From Eubacteriales bacterium (GTDB lineage: Bacteria; Bacillota; Clostridia; Oscillospirales; CAG-272): a stretch of DNA of 53,271 nucleotides. Within the stretch, counting starts at the first letter, position 1, and each line of letters opens with the position of its first letter. The translations under genes were made by a program, and so were the position numbers. This document shows, piece after piece, positions 1 to 9,669 of this stretch. The notes beneath the pieces were generated by a model that saw only the letters and a program-made list of their open reading frames with translations, was not told the DNA's origin and did no database searches. The stretch spans positions 1 to 53,271 of the forward strand of contig JAZNAM010000025.1 of assembly GCA_045586515.1 (NCBI GenBank), read 5' to 3'.

Positions 1-1005
1 GTTGAGGCCTACTATTGTCTTCCTAAAGACCGCTTGGCCTCCGACTTTGAAATAATTGAGGAGTTCTTCAAAGTAAGGGTGTGAGATTGCGTCGCGCTCG
101 CTAAATAGTTCGTGCCGCGCCCTTGCGATTTCACACATGCGGCCGTTACAAACTCCTTTTATAAAGGTGCGCTGTGGGTTCAGCTCCACGAGGTGTTCAC
201 GCTCGGCGGCGTAAAGGCACACGGGTGTTTTTACATTGCGCAGTTTTTTGGGGCGCAAAATACAATGCGTTGTGTTCATTGCGGAGAGTAGCCATGCATA
301 AGAAGGTTTGGCAGACCAAAGGGCGCTATCGGTTTTCTTTACTTCGCGGAAGGCCTCAAAACGTGCAAGCGAAGCGCAGGACGAGCCGCGTGGCGTTTCC
401 TTTTCGGGGGGCAGGGCGGGGGACATCACGTGTACACGGTTTCGCCCTTTGCCGACCAGGCACGCACCGGCGCAAGTGAGCCACACAAAAGCGCGCGGCG
501 CACCTTTGATACGCACCGAGATGGCAGGGGAGGAGAGCCACGCTTTTTCGAAAAAGTCAGTCCCTCGCTCCAAATACAATGCGGCTACCGCACCGCCCAT
601 CGAATGGGCGAATAGGTAGTGGGGCGCGGGGAGTTTGTCTGACATCTCGGCAAGAAGCGCGTGTAAATCTTCGTCATACTGTGCAAAGTGTTTGATGTGA
701 ACAATGCCGTTTTCCGCTTCGCGCGTGGAGCGTCCGTGACCGCGTTGATCGTAGAGGAAAACGGAAAGCCCGCTTTGTAAAAAATAGTAGCAAAGCTCGT
801 GATATTTTTCGGCATGCTCGCTCATGCCGTGGACGATGACTACGCAGCCGCGCGGCGTGTCTGCACGGTAATATACAGTGTGAAGTGTTGCGCCGTCAGC
901 GGTTTGAAAGGTGCCGTTCTCTCGTCGTGCGTGCAAATAGGGCAATACTTCGCGTTGCATGCGATGCGCAAAATCGTGCTCGAAAAGAAAATCGCGGTAG
1001 GTCAT
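1..1005 (-). CDS. alpha/beta hydrolase (lysophospholipase / monoacylglycerol-lipase-like); C-terminus runs off the left edge
   Basis: Absent from the supplied ORF track because there is no stop inside the window. Manual minus-strand translation from the ATG at 1005 gives MTYRDFLFEHDF..GCVVIVHGMSEHAEKY..YDQRGHGRS..LFAHSMGG (GXSXG elbow)..ARHELF, and stays open to nt 1. Confidence 0.8.
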   Translation of the reverse strand, partial: MTYRDFLFEHDFAHRMQREVLPYLHARRENGTFQTADGATLHTVYYRADTPRGCVVIVHGMSEHAEKYHELCYYFLQSGLSVFLYDQRGHGRSTREAENGIVHIKHFAQYDEDLHALLAEMSDKLPAPHYLFAHSMGGAVAALYLERGTDFFEKAWLSSPAISVRIKGAPRAFVWLTCAGACLVGKGRNRVHVMSPALPPEKETPRGSSCASLARFEAFREVKKTDSALWSAKPSYAWLLSAMNTTHCILRPKKLRNVKTPVCLYAAEREHLVELNPQRTFIKGVCNGRMCEIARARHELFSERDAISHPYFEELLNYFKVGGQAVFRKTIVGLN

Positions 1006-1111
1006 GGGAAGCTCCTTTCGCGTTTGTGCCTTTATTATATCACAAAACCAAGAAAAGGTCAAACGGCCAAAGAGCAGGAGGCCCAACTTAAAACCAAAAG
1101 CAGGAAAATCA

Positions 1112-1146
1112 AACAAAAAGCCCCCATACGGGGGCTTTTTGTTTTG
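1112..1146 (-). terminator. intrinsic terminator after rbr
   Basis: AGCCCCC-ATAC-GGGGGCT hairpin flanked by A and T runs, immediately downstream of the rbr stop. Confidence 0.75.
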
Positions 1147-1150
1147 CTTA

Positions 1151-1684
1151 TTAGTAGTTCTCAGCGCGAACCTCGAAGTAGCTTTTGGGGTGGACGCAAA
1201 CGGGGCAAATCTCGGGGGCCTTCTTGCCCACCACGAGGTGACCGCAGTTGCGGCGCTCCCACATCGTCTGCTCGCCCTTTTCAAAGACCCGCTGCATCTC
1301 TACGTTGGAGAGCAGCTTGCGGTAGCGCTCCTCGTGTGCCTTTTCGATTTGGGCAACAGCGCGGAACTTTGCGGCGATCTCGGGGAATCCTTCCTCGTCC
1401 GCTTCCTTAGCAAAGGTGGCGTACATATCGGTCCATTCGTAGTTCTCGCCCGCGGCGGCGGCTGCAAGGTTCTCGGCGGTATTACCCAGCTCACCGAGGA
1501 GCTTGAACCACATTTTAGCGTGCTCCTTCTCGTTGTCGGCGGTTTTGGTAAACAGAGCGGAGATCTGCTCATAGCCTTCTTTCTTTGCAACGCTTGCAAA
1601 GTAGGTGTACTTATTGCGTGCCTGGCTCTCGCCAGCAAAAGCAGCCATCAGATTTTGTTCGGTCTTAGTTCCCTTGAGATTCAT
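1151..1684 (-). CDS. rbr: rubrerythrin (classical: N-terminal ferritin-like diiron domain, C-terminal rubredoxin CxxC..CxxC)
   Basis: [57 protein letters not shown] lies upstream of the ATG at 1684; the track start at 1696 is a TTG. Confidence 0.92.
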   Translation of the reverse strand: MNLKGTKTEQNLMAAFAGESQARNKYTYFASVAKKEGYEQISALFTKTADNEKEHAKMWFKLLGELGNTAENLAAAAAGENYEWTDMYATFAKEADEEGFPEIAAKFRAVAQIEKAHEERYRKLLSNVEMQRVFEKGEQTMWERRNCGHLVVGKKAPEICPVCVHPKSYFEVRAENY

Positions 1685-1699
1685 AGCATCCTCCAAAAT

Positions 1700-2065
1700 T
1701 TAAATTTTTTCCCGGCAGTTGGGGCAAGTCGTGTGTAAAACAAGATCGTAGGATTCGATCTTTACGCCGCTTTTTTTCTCGAATTCGGCGGCAAGATCGC
1801 CCAGATGCACGTCGATTACGCAACCGCACTCGCTACAAAAGGCGTGCTCGTGCGGGCTGACGGTCTTATCGTAAAAGTCGGGGCCGTCAGTGGTGCGAAT
1901 GTGCAGGATGAGCCCTGCCTGCTCCAGCGCGTGCAAATTGTTATATACGGTGGCAAGTACCATACCGGGATAGCGAAGCCGTGCGCGAGCATAGATTTCC
2001 TCGGCAGGCAGATGTCCTTCAGATTCCCGCAAGACTTGCAGGATCGCGGCTCGTTTCTCGGTCAT
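1700..2065 (-). CDS. perR: Fur-family transcriptional regulator, PerR-like
   Basis: 121 aa with a winged-helix N-terminus, an HEH metal site, and CSEC plus CPNC structural Zn motifs. It sits between two rubrerythrin genes. Confidence 0.85.
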   Translation of the reverse strand: MTEKRAAILQVLRESEGHLPAEEIYARARLRYPGMVLATVYNNLHALEQAGLILHIRTTDGPDFYDKTVSPHEHAFCSECGCVIDVHLGDLAAEFEKKSGVKIESYDLVLHTTCPNCREKI

Positions 2066-2089
2066 AGTAAACCCTCCTCTATAAAGGGA

Positions 2090-2638
2090 TTACTTAAAGT
2101 AACGGTCAAGGAAGCCGGCGAATGCGCGGCCATGTCTTGCCTCATCTTTTGCCATTTCGTGAACGGTGTCATGGATGGCGTCGAGGTTAAGCTGCTTTGC
2201 CATCTTGGCAAGCTCGAACTTGCCCTCGCAAGCGCCGTTCTCGGCGGCAACGCGAAGCTCAAGGTTTTGCTTGGTGCTGGGCGTTACGACGTCACCGAGC
2301 AGTTCTGCGAATTTGGTGGCGTGCTCGGCCTCCTCATATGCTGCCTTTTCCCAGTACATGCCGATTTCGGGATAGCCTTCACGGAATGCAACGCGTGCCA
2401 TTGCGAGGTACATACCAACCTCCGTGCACTCGCCCATAAAGTTAGCTTTCAGGCCCTCAACGATCTCTGCGGGGACATTTGCTTCCTTCGCTACGCCAAC
2501 CACATGCTCGGTTGCCCACTCTGCGCCGCTTTCTACGACTTCGACAAACTTATCAGCGGACACCTTGCAAACGGGGCACTTTTCGGGGCGATCACCCTCA
2601 ACGATTTCGCCACAAACAGAGCATCTCCACTTTTTCAT
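2090..2638 (-). CDS. reverse rubrerythrin (N-terminal rubredoxin-like CxxC..CxxC, C-terminal diiron four-helix bundle)
   Basis: [24 protein letters not shown] followed by ExxH diiron motifs ([19 protein letters not shown]). AAAGGAG precedes the ATG at 2638; the ATG at 2644 is also possible. Confidence 0.88.
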   Translation of the reverse strand: MKKWRCSVCGEIVEGDRPEKCPVCKVSADKFVEVVESGAEWATEHVVGVAKEANVPAEIVEGLKANFMGECTEVGMYLAMARVAFREGYPEIGMYWEKAAYEEAEHATKFAELLGDVVTPSTKQNLELRVAAENGACEGKFELAKMAKQLNLDAIHDTVHEMAKDEARHGRAFAGFLDRYFK

Positions 2639-2682
2639 ATTCATATTCTCCTTTAAAATCAAGTTTGATGTTGCGTTCACTT

Positions 2683-2697
2683 TTAGAACAATTCTAT
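2683..2697. promoter_or_regulatory. Fur/PerR-type operator, box 1 (overlaps the -10)
   Basis: TTAGAACAATTCTAT, with inverted core TAGAA-N3-TTCTA; 14 of 15 nt identical to box 2. Confidence 0.6.
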
Positions 2698-2724
2698 TTT
2701 ATCATGCTTTTTTCGCTTTGTCAA
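2696..2724 (-). promoter_or_regulatory. sigma-A-type promoter of the reverse-rubrerythrin/perR/rbr operon
   Basis: Minus strand reads TTGACA, a 17-nt spacer, then TAAAAT. Confidence 0.6.
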
Positions 2725-2741
2725 TAGATTTTTGAAAAAAA

Positions 2742-2756
2742 TTAGAATAATTCTAA
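2742..2756. promoter_or_regulatory. Fur/PerR-type operator, box 2 (upstream of the -35)
   Basis: TTAGAATAATTCTAA is a perfect 7-1-7 inverted repeat resembling the B. subtilis PerR box TTATAATnATTATAA. Confidence 0.65.
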
Positions 2757-2784
2757 AAATATTTTTCCGCAGCTTCAAAGCGGT

Positions 2785-4329
2785 TCAAAGAGAGAAAAAT
2801 AACTCCTTTGGCACGTATATATTGGCAGGCAGATCATGATAGTCGAACCAATCATCGTTGTGATCGCCCTGTGCCGCATGGTATAGTATATAACTTTCAT
2901 CGGGTGGTGCGTTTGCGATGACGATAGGGCGGTGTGTGTGAATATAGTCGGCAAGGATCGCCTTGGCATCGAGATAATAGCAATCAGACGCATATAGTGC
3001 GTAAAACGGCTCGCCGAGTATACTATAAAATTCGTTTTGTGTGAGATTGACAACATTGCGTTCGGGGAACATGGCACGTAGCCTGTCAATACGCGAAAAG
3101 GTGGTATCAAAATGATAGGCAACCGCAGGACGCAGAAAAAGCCCATTCAAATCGGGATGCGCTTCATTTTGATAATATACGCGCGTATCATCGCAAAGCT
3201 TTTGCGCGCCATCCCACGCTCTTGAAACAACGGGGACGGCAAAAAGTAGAGCCAAAGCAATGGCAAGGAAGCGTATTTTATATCGCGCACACGCGCGTGC
3301 GAGTATATATAAAAGAAGCCCAAGCGGGAGGAGCGATAGGAACGAGCCCCAGTAAAAATGGCGCTGACAGGGGACGGGATAATACTGATGCCAGGCAGAG
3401 ATGGCAAGCGCACTAATAAAGACTATGCCTTCGGCGCGCTCTTCTTGAATTTTGAGAGAGAGAAAAAATGTGACAAGAGAACACAGCGGCAAAAAAAGAA
3501 AAATGGCACTGCCGGCATATTGTGTGTGGGAGAGTGGTGCTATCAGCAAACAGTAGAAGATGCGACGGATGGCATCGAGAGGGGAAGAACCGAGCAAGGC
3601 GGGGTCAACTGCGGCGTGAAACATCCCTGCAAGAGATTGCTGATAAAAATCATCCAGGATGCCCAGTGCCGCAAAGGGGAGTAGAAAGGCGGAGAGTGTG
3701 ATGACTGCGCCAAGTAAAAACCAAAGTGCTTTTTGCAGGCTGCGGTAACGCCGTGCAAGGAGTGCATAGCAAAAGAAAGCGGCGACAAACGCGGTGATGC
3801 CAACGGGTTGGCGACAAAAGAATGCGAGCACGGTGCACGCGCCGACTGCGGCATGCAAAAAGTGGCTGTGTGCGCGAGGCGCGGTATAGAGATAGGCAGC
3901 AAGGATCGTGAAGAATAGCGCGAAAATGCTTGACCAAGGGATAAAATCCCAGAAATAAAAAGGGGCAAGCAGGAGCGAGAGCAGTGTGAGAATCAGGGCG
4001 AGGCCGCGGGGTAAAAAGCGCCGCGCGAGCATATAAAAAAGCGCGTAACACGCAGCATAAAACAAGGCGCATACCCATAGGATAGAGGTAACGCGGCGGC
4101 CAAGCGCAAGAATACCAAGCGCTTGAAACAGCGTGGTGAGTACGCCGTATTTGGTGAACGTGTCGCGAAAAAGAAGTTGTCCGTTTGCCACGTCCAGTGC
4201 GGTGCGGTACATGAGCCCCGTGTGGTGTGTTTCAAAATGGATACGCGCGAAAAAGAATACCAAAAACAAGGTGAAAAACAGGATCGTCGCGGCAAGTCCA
4301 CGATCAAGTTTTTGTTTTGCTTGCAACAA
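2785..4329 (-). CDS. polytopic membrane protein, GT-C-fold glycosyltransferase-like (ArnT/PMT_2-type), with a C-terminal soluble domain
   Basis: About 10 hydrophobic helices followed by a roughly 150-aa soluble tail. I place the start at the TTG at 4329, preceded by AAAGGTGGTGA. The longer track ORF (to 4632) overlaps the divergent U32 gene and its promoter. Confidence 0.6.
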   Translation of the reverse strand: MLQAKQKLDRGLAATILFFTLFLVFFFARIHFETHHTGLMYRTALDVANGQLLFRDTFTKYGVLTTLFQALGILALGRRVTSILWVCALFYAACYALFYMLARRFLPRGLALILTLLSLLLAPFYFWDFIPWSSIFALFFTILAAYLYTAPRAHSHFLHAAVGACTVLAFFCRQPVGITAFVAAFFCYALLARRYRSLQKALWFLLGAVITLSAFLLPFAALGILDDFYQQSLAGMFHAAVDPALLGSSPLDAIRRIFYCLLIAPLSHTQYAGSAIFLFLPLCSLVTFFLSLKIQEERAEGIVFISALAISAWHQYYPVPCQRHFYWGSFLSLLPLGLLLYILARACARYKIRFLAIALALLFAVPVVSRAWDGAQKLCDDTRVYYQNEAHPDLNGLFLRPAVAYHFDTTFSRIDRLRAMFPERNVVNLTQNEFYSILGEPFYALYASDCYYLDAKAILADYIHTHRPIVIANAPPDESYILYHAAQGDHNDDWFDYHDLPANIYVPKELFFSL

Positions 4330-4425
4330 GTGATCACCACCTTTCTTTCTATGGTTGCGCACTTGACGGCGCGCCAAAAAAACAGTATAATGAAAGGGAA
4401 TAACTGGATGTAAAAGGAGAGGACT

Positions 4426-5688
4426 ATGACCGAGCTGCTTTCCCCTGCGGGTAATTTTGAAAAGTTGCGTGCGGCGCTTCGTTTTGGTGCCGACGCGGTA
4501 TATCTTGCAGGTCGTGCATTCGGCATGCGCTCTGCTGCGGATAACTTTACGGACGAGGAATTGGACGAGGCGATCACCTACGTACACCAACACGGCAAAA
4601 AGGTGTATTTGACTGTCAATACGATGCCACATGGCGGCGAGTATGAAATGTTGCGCCGTTTTCTCTCTGGTTTAAAGGATAACCCTCCCGACGCGATTAT
4701 TTTGACAGACCTTGGGGTGCTTGCCACGGTGAAAGAACTTCTCCCCAACGTAGAGATCCATATTTCTACACAGTCCAGCATTGTGAGTCCTGCCGCCGCG
4801 CGCGCGTGGGCAGCGATGGGTGCAACGCGTTTGGTGCTTGCCCGTGAGTTGAATTTAAATGAGGTGCGCGCGATCCGCGAGGCACTCCCTCCGGAGGTGA
4901 GTCTTGAAGCGTTTGTGCACGGCTCAATGTGCGTGTCGTACAGCGGACGCTGTATGCTTTCCAATCAGTTTACCGGTCGTGACGCCAATCGCGGTGCTTG
5001 CGCACAGCCTTGCCGCTGGAATTACACCGTGGTCGAGGAGAAGCGCCCTGATGAGCCGCTTCCCATCCATGAAAACGAAAACGGTACCTTTATTATGTCC
5101 TCAAAGGATATGTGTATGCTTCGCCACGTGCCTGCGCTCATAGAAGCAGGGGTGGAGTCTTTCAAGATTGAGGGGCGCATGAAAAGTGCGTACTATACCG
5201 CTGTTGTGACGAATGCCTATCGCATGGTGATCGACGCATATCTTGCTGATCCCGAGGGATTTGTGTTTGACGAGCGCATCTATCGCGAGGTGGAGAGCGT
5301 GTCGCACCGCGAGTATGCAACGGGTTTTTGGTTTGATGATCCCAAGAAAGAGCCTCAACTTTGCAGCGAAAACGGATATATCCGCGAGAAGGCGTATTTC
5401 GCCACCGTGGTTGAGCGTGGCAATGTGCCCGAGGGGCTCGTTGCCGAAAACGAGCAAGGTGTCCTGTGCCGACTGCGTCAGCGCAACAAGCTTTGCGTGG
5501 GGGACGCCGCCGAACTGCTCACCCCCTCTCGCGTGGGAATTTCTGTGCCGATCACCGAGCTTTATGATGAGAACGGTGTGCCCATTGAGTCGGCACCGCA
5601 CCCCTTGATGGAGTTTTACACAAGATTGCCGCACGTGGCAAACGTGGGAGATATCCTGCGCGCAGGCGACAACGAAAAGGACGGATAA
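4426..5688 (+). CDS. peptidase U32 family protein (collagenase-like / RlhA-TrhP family)
   Basis: MTELLSPAGNFEKLRAALRFGADAVYLAG..MCVSYSGRCMLS..EGRMKS. AAAAGGAG RBS. Confidence 0.9.
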   Translation: MTELLSPAGNFEKLRAALRFGADAVYLAGRAFGMRSAADNFTDEELDEAITYVHQHGKKVYLTVNTMPHGGEYEMLRRFLSGLKDNPPDAIILTDLGVLATVKELLPNVEIHISTQSSIVSPAAARAWAAMGATRLVLARELNLNEVRAIREALPPEVSLEAFVHGSMCVSYSGRCMLSNQFTGRDANRGACAQPCRWNYTVVEEKRPDEPLPIHENENGTFIMSSKDMCMLRHVPALIEAGVESFKIEGRMKSAYYTAVVTNAYRMVIDAYLADPEGFVFDERIYREVESVSHREYATGFWFDDPKKEPQLCSENGYIREKAYFATVVERGNVPEGLVAENEQGVLCRLRQRNKLCVGDAAELLTPSRVGISVPITELYDENGVPIESAPHPLMEFYTRLPHVANVGDILRAGDNEKDG

Positions 5689-5692
5689 CGGT

Positions 5693-6952
5693 ATGAGAAA
5701 CGAACAATTAGCGGATATTCTGCGCCCGACGTCCTTTGACGGGATCGTGGGACAGAGCCACCTGTTTGGACCGCGCGGTGCGGTGAGACGCATGGTGGAG
5801 AGCGGCCGCGTGACGAATATGATCTTTTTTGGCCCTCCCGGAACGGGAAAGACCACGGCTGCCTCGGTGATTGCGGCGCGCTCGGGCATGACGTTTCGAC
5901 GCCTTAACTGCACGTCTGCTTCACTTGCAGATGTGAAAGAGGTACTTGCCGAAACGTCGAATATTTTCGGCTTGGGCGGTATTCTGCTTTATCTGGATGA
6001 GTTGCAGTATTTCAACCGCAAGCAGCAGCAAAGCTTACTGGAATATATGGAGGATGGGCGCATTACGCTGATTGCGTCTACCACCGAAAATCCGCATTTT
6101 TATATCTACAACGCGATCATCTCTCGCTCTTCGCTGTTTGAGTTCAAGCCGGTAAGTCCTGCCGATATGATACCCGCGCTTTCCCGCGCGCTCGACCATC
6201 TCAACGAGAATGGCGGCACCGCGATCACGGCGGACGAGGAACTGCTTGCCTACATCGCAAGTCAGGTGCGTGGCGACGTGCGTCGGGGCATTGTGCTGCT
6301 TGAAAATGCTTACTACGCCGCAGGGGATGATGGTACAACGCCGCGTGCGGGTGCAATGACGCGCGAGCACGTGGAAAGCTTTCACGTGCCCGTGGGGAAT
6401 TTTGACGATGATACCCACTACGACTTGCTTTCCTGCTTACAAAAGTCCATTCGCGGTTCTGATCCCGATGCCACCGCTTTTTACGTGGCAAAATTAGTTG
6501 CCGCAGGTGAGCTGATCTCGCTTTGCCGCCGTTTGCAGGTGATCGCCAGCGAGGACGTGGGGCTTGCCTATCCGCAAGCCGCCGCCATTGTGCGCGCGTG
6601 CTGTGAGAGCGCAAAGGAGCTTGGTTTTCCTGAGGGACGGATTCCGCTCATCAACGCCGCCATTCTGCTTGCCACTGCCCCCAAGTCCAACAGCGCGTAT
6701 TTGGCACTTGCGGATGCGATGGCAGACGTTGAAGCGGGTCGTGGCAATGAGGTGCCGTTGCATCTGCAATCTCCGCTTTTCAAAGGGTACAAGTATCCCC
6801 ATGATTATACCCACCATTACGTAGCGCAGCAGCATCTGCCAAACGATTTGCGTGGGAAGACGTACTATCATGCAGGAGAGAACAAAACCGAACAAGCGGC
6901 CAAGGGCTATGCCGAGCTTGTAAAACGCGAGGGAGGCAAGCCGTTGTCCTGA
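5693..6952 (+). CDS. rarA: replication-associated recombination protein A (AAA+ ATPase)
   Basis: [24 protein letters not shown] (Walker A)..LYLDELQYFN..MgsA C-terminal domain. Confidence 0.93.
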   Translation: MRNEQLADILRPTSFDGIVGQSHLFGPRGAVRRMVESGRVTNMIFFGPPGTGKTTAASVIAARSGMTFRRLNCTSASLADVKEVLAETSNIFGLGGILLYLDELQYFNRKQQQSLLEYMEDGRITLIASTTENPHFYIYNAIISRSSLFEFKPVSPADMIPALSRALDHLNENGGTAITADEELLAYIASQVRGDVRRGIVLLENAYYAAGDDGTTPRAGAMTREHVESFHVPVGNFDDDTHYDLLSCLQKSIRGSDPDATAFYVAKLVAAGELISLCRRLQVIASEDVGLAYPQAAAIVRACCESAKELGFPEGRIPLINAAILLATAPKSNSAYLALADAMADVEAGRGNEVPLHLQSPLFKGYKYPHDYTHHYVAQQHLPNDLRGKTYYHAGENKTEQAAKGYAELVKREGGKPLS

Positions 6953-6971
6953 CCCATTTGGGGAGTAAACG

Positions 6972-7790
6972 GTGATAAACATTCTGCTTGCAGCGCTATT
7001 TGGCGTACTGGAGGGGGTGACCGAATGGTTGCCTATCTCCTCAACGGGGCATCTTATTTTGCTTCGCACGTTTGTGCACTTTCCCGTGCGAGACGTGTTT
7101 TTCGAGCTCTTTGAGGTCGTGATTCAGCTTGCGGCGATTGGCGCGGTGGTGTTACTTTTTGCACACCGCCTCAACCCGTTTTCCAAGAAGAAATCAAGAC
7201 ACGAGCGCACTGACACGTGGCGACTTTGGGGCAAGGTGCTCATTGCCACGCTTCCGTCGGCACTTGCGGGGTTACTGCTTGATGACGCGCTTGACGCGTA
7301 TTTGTACCGCGCCGGCGTGGTGGCAACGACATTGATTGTCTATGGTGTGCTTTTTATCTTGGTGGAAAGAATACGAAAGCGTGCGCCGCAAACGCTTGCG
7401 GCAACCTTTGTCACGGCAAAACAGGCGTTTTGGATAGGCATTTTTCAGATGCTTGCGCTGATACCGGGTACGTCACGCTCGGGTGCGACGGTGCTCGGCG
7501 GTATGCTCATGGGGCTTGCAAGGCCTGTGGCTGCCGAGTTCTCGTTTTTCCTCGGTATCCCAACCATGTGCGGCGCGTCCGCGCTTAAATGCGCCAAGTT
7601 TTTTCTTGAGGGGAACACCTTGACGGATGCGGAACTTGCAATGCTTGTCGTAGGGACCACAACGGCGTTTCTTTGCTCGCTCGCCACAATTCGCATGTTG
7701 CTTGATTTTGTGCGGCGACATACCTTTACGGCATTCGGTATTTATCGGATATTGCTTGGTATTGCCGTGCTTGGCACGTTTATCTTATAA
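6972..7790 (+). CDS. uppP: undecaprenyl-diphosphate phosphatase
   Basis: LEGVTEWLPISSTGHL..PGTSRSGATV are the BacA/UppP signature motifs. GTG start preceded by GGGGAG. Confidence 0.93.
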   Translation: MINILLAALFGVLEGVTEWLPISSTGHLILLRTFVHFPVRDVFFELFEVVIQLAAIGAVVLLFAHRLNPFSKKKSRHERTDTWRLWGKVLIATLPSALAGLLLDDALDAYLYRAGVVATTLIVYGVLFILVERIRKRAPQTLAATFVTAKQAFWIGIFQMLALIPGTSRSGATVLGGMLMGLARPVAAEFSFFLGIPTMCGASALKCAKFFLEGNTLTDAELAMLVVGTTTAFLCSLATIRMLLDFVRRHTFTAFGIYRILLGIAVLGTFIL

Positions 7791-7804
7791 AAAGGATCAT
7801 CACT

Positions 7805-8380
7805 ATGGAGAAGTTAAAAATCCCTTATCCCGTGATTGTGGAGGGAAAGTATGACCGCGAGCGGTTGCTGTGCGTGATGGAAGGACAGATCCTCACCACC
7901 GACGGTTTCGGTATTTTTAAGAAAAAGGAGAAGCTAGCGCTTATTCGCGCGCTTGCTTCGCGCTCACCCATCATTGTGCTCACCGATCCTGACGGCGCGG
8001 GAACGCTCATTCGTACGCATATCGGTTCAGCCGTATCTCGTGATCGACTTATCCCGCTTTACGTGCCCGCCATCAAGGGAAAGGAAGCGCGCAAGAAGGA
8101 GCAGAGTGCGGCAGGGTTGCTTGGCGTCGAGGGTCAGGAAAAAGAACTGCTTTATTCGTTACTTGCTCCCTTTGCGGGAGAAATGCCGAAAAGAGGAGAG
8201 ATCACCAAAGTGGATCTGTATGAGGATGGTCTCACGGGTGGTAGAAACAGTGCGGCGCGACGCGATGCGTTGGCGGCACAATTCGGGTTGCCCCCCGGCA
8301 TGACACCGAACGCACTGCTTGCGGCGCTTTGTGTGATTGCCACACGCGAGGAATATCGCGCGGCAGTGAGTCGTATATAA
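7805..8380 (+). CDS. Toprim-domain protein (RNase M5-like, DUF4093-type)
   Basis: PVIVEGKYDRERL..IIVLTDPDGAG are Toprim acidic motifs. Confidence 0.75.
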   Translation: MEKLKIPYPVIVEGKYDRERLLCVMEGQILTTDGFGIFKKKEKLALIRALASRSPIIVLTDPDGAGTLIRTHIGSAVSRDRLIPLYVPAIKGKEARKKEQSAAGLLGVEGQEKELLYSLLAPFAGEMPKRGEITKVDLYEDGLTGGRNSAARRDALAAQFGLPPGMTPNALLAALCVIATREEYRAAVSRI

Positions 8381-8416
8381 AAAAACAACCGCTCGCCGAG
8401 CGGTTGTTTTTTTTAT
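8380..8416. terminator. bidirectional intrinsic terminator
   Basis: CAACCGCT..AGCGGTTG stem flanked by A6 and T8 runs, between the convergent Toprim gene and glyA. Confidence 0.8.
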
Positions 8417-8420
8417 GGAA

Positions 8421-9657
8421 TTAATCCTCGTAGACGGGGAATTTTTCGCAAAGTGCGATAACCTCTTTCGTGACGCGCTCTTTGCTGCCCTCAAAGTCAT
8501 TCACAACGTCTGAAATCCAGCCGGCGATCAGCTTCATCTCCGCTTCCCCAAAGCCGCGAGAGGTGACGGCAGGGGTTCCGATGCGTACGCCACTGGTGAT
8601 GAAGGGGGAGCGGGGCTCGTTGGGGACGGTGTTTTTGTTGGCGGTGATGTGCACCTCGTCCAGACGGTGCTCAAGCTCCTTGCCTGTGAGTTCCAGACCG
8701 CGCAGGTCAAGAAGCATCAAGTGGTTGTCCGTGCCGCCGGAAACCAGATCAAAGCCTTTTTCTTTGAGTGCGGCGGCAAGGGCGGCGGCGTTTTTCACAA
8801 CTTGCTGCTGATATGCCTTGAACTCATCGGTGAGTGCCTCGCCAAGCGCTACTGCCTTTGCGGCGATGATATGCATGAGGGGACCGCCCTGCGTGCCGGG
8901 GAATACGGCCTTGTCGATTTGCTTGGCGAACTCCTCGCGGCACAGGATCATACCGCCGCGCGGACCGCGCAGCGTCTTGTGCGTGGTGGTGGTTACTACG
9001 TCTGCATAGGGAACGGGAGAGGGGTGCACGCCTGCGGCAACAAGACCGGCGATGTGACATATCGACCATGAAGTATGCGCCGACCTCGTCTGCAATCTCG
9101 CGGAACTTGGCGAAATCAATGACGCGCGGATATGCGCTGGCACCTGCCAGAATCATCTTGGGGCGACATTCAAGCGCGAGGCGTCTAACCTCGTCGTAAT
9201 CAATCGTTTCAGTCGTGTCGGATACGCCGTAGGGGACGATGTTGAAGTACTTGCCCGAAATGTTGACGGGGGAACCGTGGGAGAGGTGACCACCGTGTGC
9301 AAGATTCATGGAGAGCACGGTATCGCCCGGCTCTAGCAGTGCAAAAAACACGGCGAGGTTGGCGTTGGCACCGCTGTGGGGCTGAACGTTGGCGTGTTCA
9401 GCGCCAAAGAGCTTCTTAGCGCGCTCGCGCGCGATCTCCTCAACCTCATCCACATAGATGCAACCGCCGTAGTAGCGCTTGCCCGGGTAACCTTCTGCAT
9501 ACTTATTGGTGAGCACTGTGCCTGCGGCAAGCAGTACTGCCTTGGAAACAATATTTTCGGATGCGATCAGCTCAATGTTGTGTTTCTGGCGACCGAGCTC
9601 CCGGCCGCATGCGGCGAACACTTCGCTGTCGTAGTTGTTGAGTTCGTCAAAAAACAT
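8421..9657 (-). pseudogene. glyA: serine hydroxymethyltransferase, reading frame broken near 9053-9060 (true pseudogene or assembly indel)
   Basis: The N-terminal 203 aa (..[16 protein letters not shown]) are in one frame. The C-terminal part ([23 protein letters not shown]..) is in another. Total length 1237 nt becomes 413 codons if 2 nt are added. Confidence 0.9.
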
Positions 9658-9669
9658 GGTCTAACTCCT

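Noticed and set aside
4330-4632. N-terminal 101 codons of the 615-aa track ORF for the membrane glycosyltransferase-like protein.
   Set aside because: This part overlaps the start and promoter region of the divergent U32 gene and is basic and non-membrane-like. A TTG at 4329 with a good RBS (AAAGGTGGTGA) sits right before the first transmembrane helix.
8421-9657. Programmed ribosomal frameshifting as the explanation for the split glyA (and likewise for asd at 31814-32889).
   Set aside because: There is no slippery heptamer or downstream stimulatory structure at either junction, and no precedent for recoding in these families. An indel, whether real or an artefact, in a dinucleotide run is the simpler explanation.
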